Positions 38,157 through 48,636 of a stretch of 64,000 nt of DNA are shown here, piece after piece. The notes beneath the pieces were generated by a model. The model was given only the letters and a program-made list of their open reading frames with translations. It was not told the DNA's origin and made no database searches. Source of the DNA: Thermoplasmatota archaeon (GTDB lineage: Archaea; Thermoplasmatota; Penumbrarchaeia; Penumbrarchaeales; Penumbrarchaeaceae); contig JARVGK010000012.1 of NCBI GenBank assembly GCA_029762535.1, positions 1 through 64,000 of the forward strand. The letters are read 5' to 3'. The position numbers were made by a program, and so were the translations under genes. Position 1 is the stretch's first letter. Each line of letters starts with the position of its first letter.

Positions 38157-38240
38157 TGTATCGATCGTGGCAGATATTAAAGCAAAATGGGGTCCACCCG
38201 ATGCTCTCACTCATCATCAACTTGATCTTCGAAATACAGT

Positions 38241-39506
38241 TCAACGTTCGTGTATGAGTGTCTCTATCGGATCGTTCTTTCCATTGAGGATCATCCTCGA
38301 AGCGAACAGTAGCGACCCCATTATGCAGATCGACCCGCCAAAACCGAGCGTTAGCGGAGCGCCGAAGCGGTCCGCAAAAAACCCCATGAAAAGGCTTCCC
38401 AAGGGGAAGATCCCGACTATCGCCAGAGCATAGAAGCTCATCACCCTGGCCCTCTTGTCGTCGTCCACGATCGTCTGAAGTATGGTGTTGCTCGACGCTG
38501 TCAGGAGTATCATCCCGAGGCCGATGAATGACATGAGTACCAGGGAGAGCACCAGCCACCTGGATAACGAGAACGCCACGAGAACGATGGAGAAGCCGAC
38601 GGACGAACCCGCGATGATCCTCGTCAGCCCTCTGGCATCCTTTCTCGAGGCCAGGTAGAGCGCCCCGATCAAGGCACCCGCCCCCATGGCCCCCATCAGG
38701 AAACCGTATGTCCTCGGACCGCCCATAAGAACATCCTTGGCGAATACCGGCATCAGAACGATGAAGGGCATTCCCATGAAGCTGAGGAGGGCAAGGAGGA
38801 CCATTATGTTCCTCACCGGCGCGAAACCGAACGTGTATGCGAAACCTTCCCTTATGACCCTCATCACGGCCTGCCCCTTTCCGTGCAGTTCCTTTTCCCT
38901 GAGGTTCATCGCGAGCAGAGAACCTATGACGAAGATGAAGCTCGCCCCGTTGACAGCGAAGCAGATACCCTCGTTCGTCAGGGCTATCATGATCCCCGCC
39001 ACCGAGGGTCCGACGAGGCGTGCGGCATTGAACATGGAGGAGTTAAGCGCGATCGCGTTGCCCAGGTCCTTCCTGTCATCCACCATATCGACGACGAAGG
39101 ACTGCCTCGCCGGAATGTCGAAAGCGTTGATGCATCCCAATAACAGGCTCAGAGCGATCAACACAAGCGGGTCCGATCCCCCCGTGAAATAATATACCGA
39201 CAAGGCCAGAGCCTGTGCCATGGAGAGGACCTGGGTCCATAACAGCACCTTGTAGCGGTCCCATCTGTCTATGATCGCCCCGGCCACAGGTGATAATATG
39301 ATGGCAGGGATCCACCCCGCAAAGGAGACAACTCCCAGAAGGAAAGGGGATCCGGTCAGGCGGAATACATACCAGGGCAAGGCGATCCTCTGGATCCATG
39401 TCCCCATCAAAGACACGCCCTGTCCGGCGAAGAACAGCCGGTAGTTCCTGTATCTGAGGGAGCGGAACGTGCTTCTCAACCACGTCTTCCCCCAAATATC
39501 GCTCAT
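38241..39506 (-). CDS. MFS transporter (MFS_3-like)
   Basis: RSLRYRNYRLFFAGQ.VS..G.W.Q, GAIIDRWDR, PARQS, NAIALNS; likely start MSDIWG at 39506. Confidence 0.92.
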   Translation of the reverse strand: MSDIWGKTWLRSTFRSLRYRNYRLFFAGQGVSLMGTWIQRIALPWYVFRLTGSPFLLGVVSFAGWIPAIILSPVAGAIIDRWDRYKVLLWTQVLSMAQALALSVYYFTGGSDPLVLIALSLLLGCINAFDIPARQSFVVDMVDDRKDLGNAIALNSSMFNAARLVGPSVAGIMIALTNEGICFAVNGASFIFVIGSLLAMNLREKELHGKGQAVMRVIREGFAYTFGFAPVRNIMVLLALLSFMGMPFIVLMPVFAKDVLMGGPRTYGFLMGAMGAGALIGALYLASRKDARGLTRIIAGSSVGFSIVLVAFSLSRWLVLSLVLMSFIGLGMILLTASSNTILQTIVDDDKRARVMSFYALAIVGIFPLGSLFMGFFADRFGAPLTLGFGGSICIMGSLLFASRMILNGKNDPIETLIHER

Positions 39507-39647
39507 GATACCACCTCGATGATCCGCGATCCAATAAACATTCGGGAGAGTCCGATCCTGCATATTAGCGTTGCTGGGGGGGCATTCACAAAATGTATAA
39601 TAATACCCTCAACGTTGCAATAGCGGGGAATCCCAGGGGACACTTCT

Positions 39648-42600
39648 ATGGACAGGTCGTTGAAGCTAGCCGCTTTTATAGTTGTTTCTTTGATGTTGAT
39701 CACGCCTTTGTTGTCATCGGCCGACTCGTTCCCGGTCACAAGGGCCTCGTATCCGAAGATGGCACAGGTCACGGTCCGCCTCACATATCCGAACGCCACT
39801 GTAGCTAAGGGATGCAACGTTTATGTACACAAATTCGATAGTGGATACGGCTACACCCACTCATCTGGGGTGACGGATGTTACGGGAATGGTCGAGATAG
39901 ATGTCACTCCTTACGAACTGGGACCATGCTATATAACGGCCCAAAACGAAACTGGCCTGAGGTTCGTAAGGGAACAGATATACATCGAGCCGGGAGGAGT
40001 TTACGAGAGGAACATGGTCCTTTGGGAGGGCATGCCCTTCGATTACAATATACACGGGACCGTAAGGAACCTGAAGACGGGTGGGACGATTTCGGGAGCA
40101 AGCGTACAGATATACGGATCGGATGAGATGACCCGCAATATAAACATCAACCGAAAAACAGGGTCCGATGGGAGATACTCATTGTATGTCCCATATTCAC
40201 CTTATCCATACAGCATCCAGGTAGGAATGTCCGGCATTCCCGGGATGAGGTCCTATTCATCGACCCTATACCTGAACAGGTCGATTACCAGCTATCAGAT
40301 GGATGTCGATCTGAGGTCCGATCCGCCCACGAACCCGCTGAACATCAGGTTCCTCGATAGTTCGACGGGACAGCCTATAGAGTTTCCTAACATTGTGGTA
40401 AGCGGGACCAAGGCATACGACGATCATATACCATATTATTATGACTCATATTTTGGGCTCGGCTCACCATGGTGGCTTAACCTGTCTTTGGGGAAGGGAG
40501 AGTACGTCTATAGCTTTCACAAGTCTGTATATCGCGGGGGCGGAAGTATGACCTTCTCTACGAATTACGGGGTCATCATGGAAGACATTCCGATAACAAG
40601 GGAGGTCTCGGTTCCCATAGTCCATGATCTCAGGAACGTCACCTTCAGGGTCGTTACCAAGGGAACGGGAGTGCCGATCCCATCGGTCAACATATTCTCA
40701 AATGAGGTCCATTACGAGGATCTGGGAATACTGATGAGGACCATCTCATCCGGTTACACCAACGCGACCGGCCATGTGACCATGCCGATGCTGCCCGGAA
40801 GGGAATACGAGTTCAGATTTTCGAGATACTCCTATGATGAAACGTCGATCACAATTCCCGCCGGCCCCGTTACCGATCACAGAAATATCGAGGTGGAGAT
40901 GGAGCATCGTCCGAAACCATCACCTGGTTCGGGTAACATATCCATACTGGCGAAGGATCAGGCCACAGGCAGGATACTTCCGTATGTCACTTTGACCGGC
41001 AGAAGCGATGATATGTATTTCGTGGGGAACACTATGGAAGATGGCTACATGAACATGTCCGTCCCGGCGGTGAGATACTACGAGATAGAGCTCAAATGCG
41101 GCCTGGGAACGGGGACGGTCAACGATGTTTTGGTCCAGAAGGACGGGACAACCACCTTGACAATGTTCCTCACTGAAAGGAGGACCTTCTATGAGAAACC
41201 AAGATATGAATATTCATTCAGGCTCGTGAACGAGGCGGGGGATCCCCTGCCCAACAAGTACGTCCCGATCACGAAAGAAGTTGATGGCGGCGGAGGTTGG
41301 TGGCTTCTGAGCTCCCATTCTGATGGGGACGGATCGGTCCGCATTATCTGGGAAGAGGGTGATTATGAGATATTCAAGACCGAAGTTTATGGCCGATACG
41401 ATATCATGACCCAGACCAGAACACATCACGTTCCCGCCGTTGGGGACGGGTTCACGGTAGGCGCCCCGGGCGGGATGGGGCCGGACATAACGCTCTACAG
41501 CGCCCATCCGTTCACCGACGTCTCGGGTACTGTTAAAGAGCTTGGAAGCGGGGATCCGATCTTCAACGCGGGGATAGAGTACAGCACAGGAAGGGGTCTG
41601 GACGAGGATCCGGGCCTGGATGTGGTGTACATGAAGAGCCGTTTCTCATCGACCACCGAGGGCAGATACAGGATGTGGGGCAAGGACGAGATCGAATACA
41701 GATGCACGAGGCCGGGTTATTTCCCTAAAAGCGGCATGGTCGATACATCCTCCAGAGGCCCCACCATGGACATATTCCTCGAGCCCCTGCTCGAGATGAT
41801 CACGTTCGTCAACGGCACACTTGTGGACTATATGAACGTGACCAGTAGCGGTTACGTGGAGATATACGATCTTGACAGGGACCTCTACGAGGTGGGTGTA
41901 TACATGCCCTCGGAGGATGGACTATTCTCCATACCGGTATATCCGGGCAGGTTCGAGATCAGATACGGGAACGATACGATCCACGAGATCGTCGAGATCA
42001 CCGTCGGCGAGGATGGATTGGAAGATTTGCTTCTGGTCATGACGCCGGAGACAGTTATCGAGGGCATGGTGGTGAACTGGAGCGAGGATCCCCTCGAGGG
42101 GATCGATGTGGACCTGATATCGGGCGATGATGTCGTGGATACAGCCACGACAGATGGAGAGGGCCATTACATTTTCGAGGCCCTTCCCGGGACATATCAC
42201 CTAATAGTAGCCGGCAGCGAGCTCTACGAGGAATACATGAGCGAGGACATAGTGGCGACGGGATACAATGCATTCACTATCGACATCACGCTCATGAACC
42301 GTACAACGGGAGATCTCCAAGGAATGGTCATCGGCGACTCACCAATTGGCCAAGGTCCGATCATCGGAGCCCTCGTTGACCTCATGATCGGATCGAACGA
42401 TACGGTATCGTCCACAACGACAGACGAGGATGGCCTCTTTTCGTTCGCCGATGTGGAATATGCTTCGGGTTACCACCTTCATGTCGAACCTCCCGCGAAT
42501 ATGACATACGATGAGGAGGAACGAATTCCCGGGTACCTTCCGACTATCCATGGTCCCTTCGATCTGATGACGATGGACCTATTGATCGAGGTAGAACTGG

Positions 42601-43607
42601 AGTATCGTGAGATCGAATATCCCGGGTATTACAACATCACGACCTATTCTCCATCAGGTAGCGATGTTTTCCTGAACGAGCCGATCTGGATGAGGTTCTC
42701 CCACGCGATCAACATATCGACGTTCAACGACAATGTGATCGTCCATCCCGAACTGGCGGAACCGGTTGTGGTGTGGAGCGAGGGCAACACGAAGCTGATG
42801 ATCGATCATTTTGGTTTCACGCCCAACACCACATACACGGTGAGGGTCCTTCCGGGGCTCCTGTCCGTGGAGGGCTATTCGCTCTTCACCAGACCTTACT
42901 TTGTCTGGAACTTCACGACCGGTATGGAGGAGATCACCTGGCGCCTGGACAACAAGGTCATCTCCATATTCGACAACAGGACCGTTCAGGTGTCCGTAAC
43001 TGGGCTTGAGGGTTTGATCGTGTACTTCGTTATCGAGGGTATCGACTCATTCCCGCTCACCGAGGAGCCCCTCGGCACATACAGAGGCTTCGTTCAGGGA
43101 TCGCTTCTGGAATGGGATACGGAGTATGATTACCATTTCTCCGATGCGGATGGAGGTCCCGACAGAGCACCGGCCCTCGCCGGCAGCTTCATGACGCCGG
43201 AGGAGGTAATTCCATGGAAGCTGGATTCCGCCAGTGTGAAAATAGACAAGGACGGCAACTGGGTCGTGAAGGCCGAGGGCAACCCCGGTCAGGACGTTCA
43301 CATCGTGATAGATGGAGTTGGGTCCTTCAAGCTGACGGAGACGTCTCCCGGCATCTACGAGACAGAGATCCAGGCCAGGGAGTTCGATGAGGGCGAGGAA
43401 TACGATTACTGGTTCTCCGACGCCGTAGACGGCGAGGACAAGGCCCCTGCGCTTTCCGGGTCATTGAAGGCCAAGGCCGAGGATCCCGCCGGAGGGATGT
43501 GGTGGCTATGCTGCCTCGCAGGCCTGGTCAGCGTCATACTCCTTATGCTTGTCGTAATCATTGTCCTTGTTCTCAAGAAGGGAAAGGGATCCGACATCGA
43601 GGAATGA
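39648..43607 (+). CDS. Large membrane-anchored surface protein, paralog of 679..4614
   Basis: Collinear motifs (YRMWGKD vs YRVWGKD, YGNDT, PNTTY, WNFTTG, YHFSD), signal peptide, TM then KKGKG...EE. Confidence 0.87.
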   Translation: MDRSLKLAAFIVVSLMLITPLLSSADSFPVTRASYPKMAQVTVRLTYPNATVAKGCNVYVHKFDSGYGYTHSSGVTDVTGMVEIDVTPYELGPCYITAQNETGLRFVREQIYIEPGGVYERNMVLWEGMPFDYNIHGTVRNLKTGGTISGASVQIYGSDEMTRNININRKTGSDGRYSLYVPYSPYPYSIQVGMSGIPGMRSYSSTLYLNRSITSYQMDVDLRSDPPTNPLNIRFLDSSTGQPIEFPNIVVSGTKAYDDHIPYYYDSYFGLGSPWWLNLSLGKGEYVYSFHKSVYRGGGSMTFSTNYGVIMEDIPITREVSVPIVHDLRNVTFRVVTKGTGVPIPSVNIFSNEVHYEDLGILMRTISSGYTNATGHVTMPMLPGREYEFRFSRYSYDETSITIPAGPVTDHRNIEVEMEHRPKPSPGSGNISILAKDQATGRILPYVTLTGRSDDMYFVGNTMEDGYMNMSVPAVRYYEIELKCGLGTGTVNDVLVQKDGTTTLTMFLTERRTFYEKPRYEYSFRLVNEAGDPLPNKYVPITKEVDGGGGWWLLSSHSDGDGSVRIIWEEGDYEIFKTEVYGRYDIMTQTRTHHVPAVGDGFTVGAPGGMGPDITLYSAHPFTDVSGTVKELGSGDPIFNAGIEYSTGRGLDEDPGLDVVYMKSRFSSTTEGRYRMWGKDEIEYRCTRPGYFPKSGMVDTSSRGPTMDIFLEPLLEMITFVNGTLVDYMNVTSSGYVEIYDLDRDLYEVGVYMPSEDGLFSIPVYPGRFEIRYGNDTIHEIVEITVGEDGLEDLLLVMTPETVIEGMVVNWSEDPLEGIDVDLISGDDVVDTATTDGEGHYIFEALPGTYHLIVAGSELYEEYMSEDIVATGYNAFTIDITLMNRTTGDLQGMVIGDSPIGQGPIIGALVDLMIGSNDTVSSTTTDEDGLFSFADVEYASGYHLHVEPPANMTYDEEERIPGYLPTIHGPFDLMTMDLLIEVELEYREIEYPGYYNITTYSPSGSDVFLNEPIWMRFSHAINISTFNDNVIVHPELAEPVVVWSEGNTKLMIDHFGFTPNTTYTVRVLPGLLSVEGYSLFTRPYFVWNFTTGMEEITWRLDNKVISIFDNRTVQVSVTGLEGLIVYFVIEGIDSFPLTEEPLGTYRGFVQGSLLEWDTEYDYHFSDADGGPDRAPALAGSFMTPEEVIPWKLDSASVKIDKDGNWVVKAEGNPGQDVHIVIDGVGSFKLTETSPGIYETEIQAREFDEGEEYDYWFSDAVDGEDKAPALSGSLKAKAEDPAGGMWWLCCLAGLVSVILLMLVVIIVLVLKKGKGSDIEE

Positions 43608-43652
43608 TGTTCCGGCAAGAAAAAATAATAGTATACATGCCATGCACCCGTT

Positions 43653-44453
43653 ATGCCAAGCTGCGCCCTGCTCTACACATCGACAACTATGAATACGAAG
43701 CTCGCATGCGAGCACCTCACGAGGAGGATCCCCCAGGTCGAGTTCGAGCTGTTCGACATGCGGGACCTCACCGGTTTCGACCCGCAAAGGTACACCTTTG
43801 TGGGCTTTGCATCATACGTCGATCATCAGGCCCCGCCCCTTTCTTTCATGGAGGCATTGTCGGGACTCGGGGATGCGGGGGGAAAGGAGGCTTTCGTCCT
43901 GCTCACATATGCGGCGCTGCAGGGGACGGCGCTCCTGCGCATGGCTGATGCGGTACGGGGCAGGGGATACAGGGTCATTCACGGCCACGCACTACCTATG
44001 CCGGAGAACTATCCCCCGCAGCGTAAGCGGGGTATGAAACTGGACGAGAACCCCAAAGATGTTGAAATGGATAGATTCAGGCAGTTCATAAGGGAGATCG
44101 GGGACCTCATCGTCACGAGGGAGCTCAAGGGAGAGGTCCGACCGAGGAAGATCTCCGTGGGACTGGTGAACTCCCTGTTCAGGAAGGGCGTGAGGAAGGA
44201 TGGGGCCAAGGGCATGGGCAAAAAGATTGTCGATGGGGATCTCTGCACTCGCTGCGGGGCATGTGAGAGGAACTGCCCTTACGGGGCGATACGTATGGAG
44301 GATGGCCCGATATTCGACGAGGATCGATGCCATTCCTGTTTCTCCTGTTACAATCACTGTCACGTTGGCGCCATCACATCGGAGAAGGTCAGGACATCGG
44401 ATCACAGGTATTCTGGTCCATCCGAGGAGCTGAAAAAGAGGATGAGCTACTGA
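43653..44453 (+). CDS. EFR1-family flavodoxin-ferredoxin fusion
   Basis: YTSTTMNTKL flavodoxin loop, MPENY, two ferredoxin motifs CTRCGACERNCP and CHSCFSCYNHCH. Confidence 0.88.
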   Translation: MPSCALLYTSTTMNTKLACEHLTRRIPQVEFELFDMRDLTGFDPQRYTFVGFASYVDHQAPPLSFMEALSGLGDAGGKEAFVLLTYAALQGTALLRMADAVRGRGYRVIHGHALPMPENYPPQRKRGMKLDENPKDVEMDRFRQFIREIGDLIVTRELKGEVRPRKISVGLVNSLFRKGVRKDGAKGMGKKIVDGDLCTRCGACERNCPYGAIRMEDGPIFDEDRCHSCFSCYNHCHVGAITSEKVRTSDHRYSGPSEELKKRMSY

Positions 44454-44582
44454 TGGTCCTATCGATAATGAAAGGGTCCAGGTCGAAGTTGTAAGGAATA
44501 TGCGGATAAGTAGACGGATACGCGTATATTCTTCATAAAAAGAGGAAAAGGCATAACTATGAAAAGAAACAAGAATATCAAT

Positions 44583-44774
44583 ATGTACGGAAAAGAAGAT
44601 ATCGAAAATATCATCGTGGAATATGAAAGAGCACTTCGCAGCTCGAAGGATCCCTTCAGCGAAGATCAGGTCCGATCCCTGAAGACCGCTTTTGGAATGG
44701 GGATCACACAAGCTCTCCTTCTCATCGAGAGGCGTATAGAGGCGGCTCCCAGCTCGATAAGGACGATGAAATAA
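44583..44774 (+). CDS. Small hypothetical protein
   Basis: About 63 aa amphipathic ORF downstream of an AT-rich promoter-like stretch, convergent with lrp. Confidence 0.5.
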   Translation: MYGKEDIENIIVEYERALRSSKDPFSEDQVRSLKTAFGMGITQALLLIERRIEAAPSSIRTMK

Positions 44775-44780
44775 AGGAAG

Positions 44781-45224
44781 TTAAGGGATCTCGAAGAGGG
44801 CATCCTTGACCCTCTTCATGACTATCTGGACCGAGCAATCCGCAACGCCGCAGGAGAGGAGCCTCGATGTGACGAAGGTGTTGAGGTCCTCCATGTCGGA
44901 GAAGAAACCTATGGCCATTACCGAATGGTCTCCGGTTATCTGATATATCGATACCAGCTCCTTGAATTCCTTCAGCTGTCTGATCATCTTTCCACTGTTG
45001 TCTCCCTGCACTTTGATCATGAGGACCGCCTGGACCCGCCTGTTGAACTTGGTAGGATTGAGTATCGCTGTATACCCTTTGATGTGTCCGGTCCTCTCCA
45101 GCTTCTCGAGCCTGTACCTGACCCCGTTCTCGCTGAGCTGTACCTTTCTCGCTATATCGGATATGGTGATCCTGGCGTTGTCCTGCAGCAGTCTGATGAT
45201 CTCCGTGTCGATCCTGCTTGCCAT
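44781..45224 (-). CDS. Lrp/AsnC family transcriptional regulator
   Basis: IDTEIIRLLQDNARI..SDIA....LSE..V.YR..KLE..G.I.GY; ITGD in the RAM domain. Confidence 0.95.
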   Translation of the reverse strand: MASRIDTEIIRLLQDNARITISDIARKVQLSENGVRYRLEKLERTGHIKGYTAILNPTKFNRRVQAVLMIKVQGDNSGKMIRQLKEFKELVSIYQITGDHSVMAIGFFSDMEDLNTFVTSRLLSCGVADCSVQIVMKRVKDALFEIP

Positions 45225-45383
45225 CCTATCACCAATGGTCGAGCATGTCGTTCATGATAGATTAGGATTCCGCAGAAAAACGGAACAAAAACCTCCGTAT
45301 CCTCAAAGAATCTATTTAAAACAGAAACCAGAACCCCATGAAGATATGAGAAAATAAAAATATCTCAACGGTGGGGCGAGCAT

Positions 45384-46757
45384 ATGGACGAACGTATAGA
45401 AAAGAAACTTTACAACCGCAGGGTGGGAAGGACGCCTCTTGTCAGAGCAAAGGGCCTGGAGAAGGCTCTGGACATGGAGGGTCTATACTTGAAGCTCGAG
45501 GGCACGAATCCCTCCGGGCATAAATGCGACCGCAGGTCCATATACACGGTCAAGCAGGCAAAGATAAGAAAGGCCGCGGACCTGACCATAGGTACCATCG
45601 GGTATATGGCCCGGTCCCTATCTGTACTCTGCCAGATGCACGATATCGATTTCCATCCATTCATCGCCTCGGGATATCCGGATGTCGAGGTCCCGGAGGG
45701 AGGGATCAAGGTGAAAGGAACTCTCGAGGACGCCGTCAAGAAGAGCATGGAGGCCGCGAAGGCGAACGGATGGTACGATGCAAATTCGCAGATGCCCCAG
45801 AGCCTGGACGATCTCGCCTACTCCTCGATATCCCGGGAGATACATTCGTCCCTGGGACTGATACCCGCTTGCATCTCGATGTCCGTATCGTCCGGGTCAA
45901 TGGCCTATGGCATACACGCAGGGTTTCTCGAGATATCGGTGCTTGAGGATGCGCAGCGGATGCCTGTGATGATAGGTGGGACCAGCAGGTATGGGAACGC
46001 CGTTCTGGCATCATATGAAAAGGGAGCGGACAGGGTAGAACACATGGTCATCGATATCCCATCGATGAAGAGCCCGATGTCGCCGCTCTTCCATTCCGGA
46101 GGTCAGGACGGTTCCCAGGTACTGGATGCTTTCAGGGACACCGGCGGTGGCATCTTCGGTTTCGAAAGGGAGCAACTGACGGCGACGAGAACGCTTCTGC
46201 GCAGGAAGGAGGGTATAGACTGCGATCTCTATTCCATTGCGGGATTGAACGCCTTGATAAAGGCCAGGGAGAACGGCCTGATCGGAAATGGCCCGAACAT
46301 CGTCGTCCTCTCCACGGGAAGGCCCGATACCGTTGTCAGAAGGATGGCGGGATCCGAGATCGACACGCATGATCTGGCATTGACATTGGATTCCTGGCTT
46401 GGAAGGTTCACCGACCCCATCGAGGAGATCGAGGATGCCGTCCAGAACGCTTTCGATGAGGGATTCGTCATCGGAGCCTACCGGGGTGATGACCTCAGCG
46501 GGATAGTGATACTGTCCAGGATGCATTTCGATAGCTTCTTTCCAAAATATCATCTATCCTACATAGCCTCGGACCCGAGGTCCACCGGCAGGGGGATCGG
46601 CACCAGTTTGATGGACAAGGCGATCGAGCTGACCGACGGTGATTTCTCGCTTCATGTGGAACCGGACAACCGAAAGGCGATAAACGTCTACAGGAAGATG
46701 GGTATGGACGTCAAGTACCTTCGTATGCATTTCAGGAAGCCCAAGGAGGAGGCTTGA
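45384..46757 (+). CDS. Threonine-synthase-like PLP fold-II domain (degenerate) fused to a GNAT acetyltransferase
   Basis: GRTPLV...LYLKLEGTNPSG; C-terminal YIASDP..TGRGIGT.LM...LHVEPDN..AI..Y.KMG. Confidence 0.8.
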   Translation: MDERIEKKLYNRRVGRTPLVRAKGLEKALDMEGLYLKLEGTNPSGHKCDRRSIYTVKQAKIRKAADLTIGTIGYMARSLSVLCQMHDIDFHPFIASGYPDVEVPEGGIKVKGTLEDAVKKSMEAAKANGWYDANSQMPQSLDDLAYSSISREIHSSLGLIPACISMSVSSGSMAYGIHAGFLEISVLEDAQRMPVMIGGTSRYGNAVLASYEKGADRVEHMVIDIPSMKSPMSPLFHSGGQDGSQVLDAFRDTGGGIFGFEREQLTATRTLLRRKEGIDCDLYSIAGLNALIKARENGLIGNGPNIVVLSTGRPDTVVRRMAGSEIDTHDLALTLDSWLGRFTDPIEEIEDAVQNAFDEGFVIGAYRGDDLSGIVILSRMHFDSFFPKYHLSYIASDPRSTGRGIGTSLMDKAIELTDGDFSLHVEPDNRKAINVYRKMGMDVKYLRMHFRKPKEEA

Positions 46758-47803
46758 TGCCCCCGAGGGTAAGGATAGACCTCAAGGCTATAAGCGACAA
46801 CGCCCGGATGTTGATGGAACTGTGTTCCAAACGATCGATATCGATATCCGGCGTGACCAAGGCGAGCGCCGGAAGCATGGAAGTGGCTCAAGCGATGATC
46901 GATGGAGGGGTAAGGGAGATCGCCGATTCACGCATCGCTAATCTGATGAGGTATTCAAAACTCGACGTTAAGAGGATGCTCTTGAGGCCCGTGACCCCGG
47001 AACAGGCCGGACCCGCAGTTGAGGCATGCGATACGAGCCTGAACACGGAACTGGAGACCATCAAGTCGTTGGGCAGAGAGGCCCTTCGAAGGGGTGTGGA
47101 GCATCGTGTGATCATCATGGTGGACCTGGGTGATAGGCGCGAGGGTGTGATGCCCCGGGATGCTACGGCGATCTGCGAGGAGGCCTCGAGCATCGATGGG
47201 ATCGATCTCAGGGGCATAGGGACGAACCTCGCATGTTTCGCGGGGATCATCCCGACCCCGGTGAAGATGGCCCAGCTGAGCCATATCGCCGAGATGGTGG
47301 AGGACAGGATCGGGCTCCCACTCGAGACAGTGTCCGGTGGAAACAGCGCCAATCTGGGAATGGTCCTGAAAGGATCGAACCATCACAGGGTCAATGATCT
47401 CAGATTGGGGGAATCCATACTCCTGGGCCTCGAGACCGTTAACAGGACTCCAGTGCCAGGTCTGAGAACGGACGCCTTCATCGTCTCGGGTGACCTCATC
47501 GAGGTCAAGGAGAAGCCCTCCAAACCCGATGGCGATGTCGGACAGGATGCTTTCGGGAACACCGTGGAGATAAAGGACGAAGGCATGCAGATAAAGGGGA
47601 TAGTCAACCTGGGTCGGCAGGACGTGGACCCTTCCGACCTCGTACCTGTCGGTGACGTGAAGGTCCTTGGCGGGAGCAGCGATCACACTTTGCTGAGCTT
47701 GAGACGATCGCTGAAGGTGGGTTCGAGCATCGGTTTCATACCCGGGTACGGATCACTTCTGCGCTGTATGACATCGCCCTATGTGGAGAAGGTGTACGTA
47801 TGA
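46754..47803 (+). CDS. Alanine/ornithine racemase-family PLP enzyme (Orr-like)
   Basis: GVTK, ADSRI.N, MVDLGD.REG, GIGTNLAC, SGGNSA, LRLGE.I..G, GRQDV, GGSSDH, Y..L...MTSPYV. Confidence 0.88.
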   Translation: MMPPRVRIDLKAISDNARMLMELCSKRSISISGVTKASAGSMEVAQAMIDGGVREIADSRIANLMRYSKLDVKRMLLRPVTPEQAGPAVEACDTSLNTELETIKSLGREALRRGVEHRVIIMVDLGDRREGVMPRDATAICEEASSIDGIDLRGIGTNLACFAGIIPTPVKMAQLSHIAEMVEDRIGLPLETVSGGNSANLGMVLKGSNHHRVNDLRLGESILLGLETVNRTPVPGLRTDAFIVSGDLIEVKEKPSKPDGDVGQDAFGNTVEIKDEGMQIKGIVNLGRQDVDPSDLVPVGDVKVLGGSSDHTLLSLRRSLKVGSSIGFIPGYGSLLRCMTSPYVEKVYV

Positions 47804-47949
47804 TGGATGATGAGAAGATATGCCCCAAGTGCGGGAAAAGGAGTGCCCAGAGAAGGTTATTGAACAACAGGAAGTACATCATCGTCTGCTCCATTTGCGG
47901 ATACTCATCCGATGAGCTTCCAGTATCCGGCGGAAAGGACGTGGTCTGA
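47800..47949 (+). CDS. CPxCG-type zinc-finger microprotein (49 aa)
   Basis: Below the ORF-track cutoff; hand translation MMDDEKICPKCGKRSAQRRLLNNRKYIIVCSICGYSSDELPVSGGKDVV; ATG overlaps the racemase TGA. Confidence 0.7.
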   Translation: MMDDEKICPKCGKRSAQRRLLNNRKYIIVCSICGYSSDELPVSGGKDVV

Positions 47950-48636
47950 TCAGAACAATATGAACAGGACCAGGATCCAGCATACGGCGCTGACGGCTGT
48001 GGAAGTTCCGAAATATACTTTCCTGTCTATTTTCTGTATTTCCACGTGCAGGTTGTCGTATAGGGCGAACACCGGAACGGAGATCCCGCCGAGGAGGGCA
48101 GCATAGAAGGCCCTCCCGGCGATCAGGGGGAGAATGTTGACGACATCCATGATGACGAGCGTTGCCCCGGTGAAGACCGGGGTTAGTATCTGGGTCGTAA
48201 CGTATCCTATCGAGAACACCGTGAAACCGCTGATCACTCCCAGGGACGCGAGCGCCCGGACATCCTTCCTGCCCCAGAGGTTATCCATGAACACTTTTCG
48301 GCCGACGATCATTTCGAAGACCATGCCCTCGACAGCGATCGCTATCGCCGAGCATATCACGCAGGACCCTATGGGCGCGAAATATCTCATTATCGAGGCG
48401 ACAAGAGCGACAAGGAAGACCGCTCCCGTGAAGTTGAACATCCTCCTTGCAAGTATCATGAACCCAAGCCCGAACAGACCGGCCATGACCGCACCCATGG
48501 ATATGTAAAGCCCGGAAACGCTCCATTTGAGGCCTCCCAGAGTGCATTCGAGCAATCCCCAGATGGACCCCAGGAGGACAATCCCGGCAAGGACCATGGC
48601 ACGATCGATGGCGGACCTGCTCACTTTCATGTTCAT
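47950..48636 (-). CDS. Six-TM membrane protein, ECF S-component-like
   Basis: 228 aa, about 6 TM segments, GSIWGLLECTLGG and AIAVEG motifs; coupled to the upstream lipoprotein. Confidence 0.55.
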   Translation of the reverse strand: MNMKVSRSAIDRAMVLAGIVLLGSIWGLLECTLGGLKWSVSGLYISMGAVMAGLFGLGFMILARRMFNFTGAVFLVALVASIMRYFAPIGSCVICSAIAIAVEGMVFEMIVGRKVFMDNLWGRKDVRALASLGVISGFTVFSIGYVTTQILTPVFTGATLVIMDVVNILPLIAGRAFYAALLGGISVPVFALYDNLHVEIQKIDRKVYFGTSTAVSAVCWILVLFILF

